The notes under the pieces: model-generated
What the model was told of the DNA's origin: nothing
The model's input: only the letters and a program-made list of their open reading frames with translations
The model's database searches: none
Assembly (NCBI GenBank): GCA_965655095.1
Contig: OZ296659.1
Span: 7,502,001 to 7,566,000, forward strand
Direction: 5' to 3'
DNA from: Haplodiscus bocki
Taxonomy: Eukaryota
Length of the DNA stretch: 64,000 bases
Made by a program: the position numbers and the translations under genes
Shown here: positions 62,608-64,000 of the stretch, piece after piece
How positions within the stretch are numbered: position 1 is the stretch's first letter
How the letters are laid out: each line of letters opens with the position of its first letter

Positions 62608-64000
62608 ATATGAACATAAAAATAAAATTAAACTTTTTTAGTCATAATAAATTAAAATTTCATCCTAGAACTTAAAAAAAACGTTTATGTTTAATATTAA
62701 CTGTTCTATTCAATGATATTGTGAACAGTTCTGTTCTGTTCAATGATAATATGATTATGAACTGTTTTGTATTTTAAATGGAGAAGAATAAAAATTGTTC
62801 TGTATGTAACATAAAATTAGATATAAATAATTAAAAGAAAGATAGAACTGTTTGTAAGGATTGTTATAATAAAAAAAGAAAAAACAAAATCACTGTTTCT
62901 CATCAACAACCGATAATTGAAAACGGTAATAAAATAAATAACAATCGAACACTTTTGGTTGGACCATCTTTTTCAGGTAAAACATATTTGATGTTAAAAA
63001 TTCTTTCGCGAATGATAGATCGAGATATTTATATAATTACTAAATCACCTCCAGAACAGTATACCATTTCTAAAAACAAAATCAACGAAATAAGCGATGA
63101 AATTAAACCTCTAAACGAATATGAAAACGGTATCATAGTTTTTGATGATATTTTAGGCTCATCAAATAGCAGATCGTTTCTAAAAGACATAAACTACAAG
63201 ATGCTAATATTAGTCAATTAAAACTCGAAGTACATGATACTTATAAAAAAGATGAAAAAATAACAACAAATTTTGAACCTATCGATAACTCAGATGTTAT
63301 AAGCAAAGGTTACCTAGATGAAAAATTGTTAAAAATAAACGGTCACTTATCAAGAATAGAAAAAGATTGCAACGAATTTAAATTACGATATAACAAACAA
63401 TCTGTAGAAGATAATTTAATTCAAAGAGCTGTGAAAACAACGGTACAAATACTTTATGATAAGGGATTATTTGATAATTTCCAAAATGCTGATAAAGTTT
63501 TAGATTTTTTGTTTACAACAAGACGTAGAGGTGATTTATCAGAAGATAATACATAATTAGATTTATAACACACGGATACATACAATTATTGTTTGTATTT
63601 ATATGAGTAATACATACAACTATATGTATATTTATACATACAATTATATGAGTGTTTAAATGATAACATTCAATGATTTTATTAAAAATTATAAATTAAA
63701 AAATAAAGCAACGTCAATTATAAAAATTCAACAAATCCTTTCGTCTTTGTCTTTGATTAATGTAGGGATCTATTTAAGAGACGGACCTTTTGAATCTGAT
63801 ATAGGGATTGTAATTTTACATCCATCAAAAGGTACTCATTGGGTTTGTTATATAAATGAAAATTATTTTGATAGTTATGGTTGTGTCTGTCCAAAGAAAC
63901 TATCTAAATTTATTATAAAAGGAAACGGATATTGTTTATATTCTGAATATCAAATTCAAAAAAATAGTAGTTTTTGCGCTAGTTATTGTTTATATATAAT

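Larger units (their letters stand above)
54620..63662 (+). promoter_or_regulatory. Recurrent TAAATG start context plus shared upstream motifs
   Basis: TAAATG at ATGs 54685, 55408, 55759, 56190, 56763, 57372, 58258, 58678, 59023, 61649, 62077, 62778 and 63660. Confidence 0.7.
53000..64000 (+). mobile_element. Endogenous Polinton-like/adintovirus-like virus region (lineage B), virion-morphogenesis module, tandemly amplified, runs off the right edge
   Basis: Abrupt drop in GC, intronless dense ORFs, adenain-like protease, penton-like genes and A32-like ATPase. Confidence 0.9.
56815..64000 (+). repeat. Direct tandem repeat, period about 5,403 bp
   Basis: ORF starts pair as 57552/62955, 57923/63326 and 58258/63660; sequences nearly identical. 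Confidence 0.95.

Noticed and set aside
56600-62610. TTTTTNT (poxvirus early terminator) near the ends of several viral ORFs
   Set aside because: Also occurs inside ORFs and is expected by chance at this AT content.
56190-62840. Alternative genetic code or programmed readthrough explaining in-frame stops
   Set aside because: Stops are of mixed type, accompany frameshifts, and paralogous copies have sense codons at some of these sites; decay or sequencing error is simpler.
53000-64000. Bacterial prophage or contaminant
   Set aside because: No Shine-Dalgarno pattern; adenain plus penton plus A32 ATPase is the eukaryotic Polinton-like set; contiguous with intron-containing genes.

Overview
AT-rich eukaryotic (invertebrate-like) genomic DNA with spliceosomal introns and many decayed repeats; no prokaryotic operons, rRNA or CRISPR array were seen. 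The window has three parts. (1) About 1-2.9 kb is a decayed Polinton/Maverick-type fragment on the minus strand (packaging ATPase, core-like protein, PLA2-like ORF). (2) About 12-49 kb holds four co-oriented minus-strand host genes: an MGAT4/GnT-IV-like gene lacking the catalytic EDD motif, an orphan gene, a single-C2H2 zinc-finger gene and a partial fourth gene. Their introns are filled with an RTE-like LINE, Helentron-like, MULE/foldback, MITE and SINE repeats. (3) From about 53 kb to the window end is a very AT-rich, intronless, gene-dense endogenous Polinton-like/adintovirus-like virion module. It encodes an adenain-like protease, two penton-like minor capsid genes, an A32-like ATPase, a fibre-like protein, membrane-active proteins and an HTH protein, and is amplified as a ~5.4-kb head-to-tail repeat. 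The most striking signal is that 9 distinct genes of this module start with TAAATG, the poxvirus late-promoter initiator, behind shared intergenic motifs, which suggests a virophage-like element built for a giant-virus/poxvirus-type RNA polymerase. No major capsid protein, pPolB or integrase was recognised in the window. All family assignments are by eye from motifs; no searches were run.
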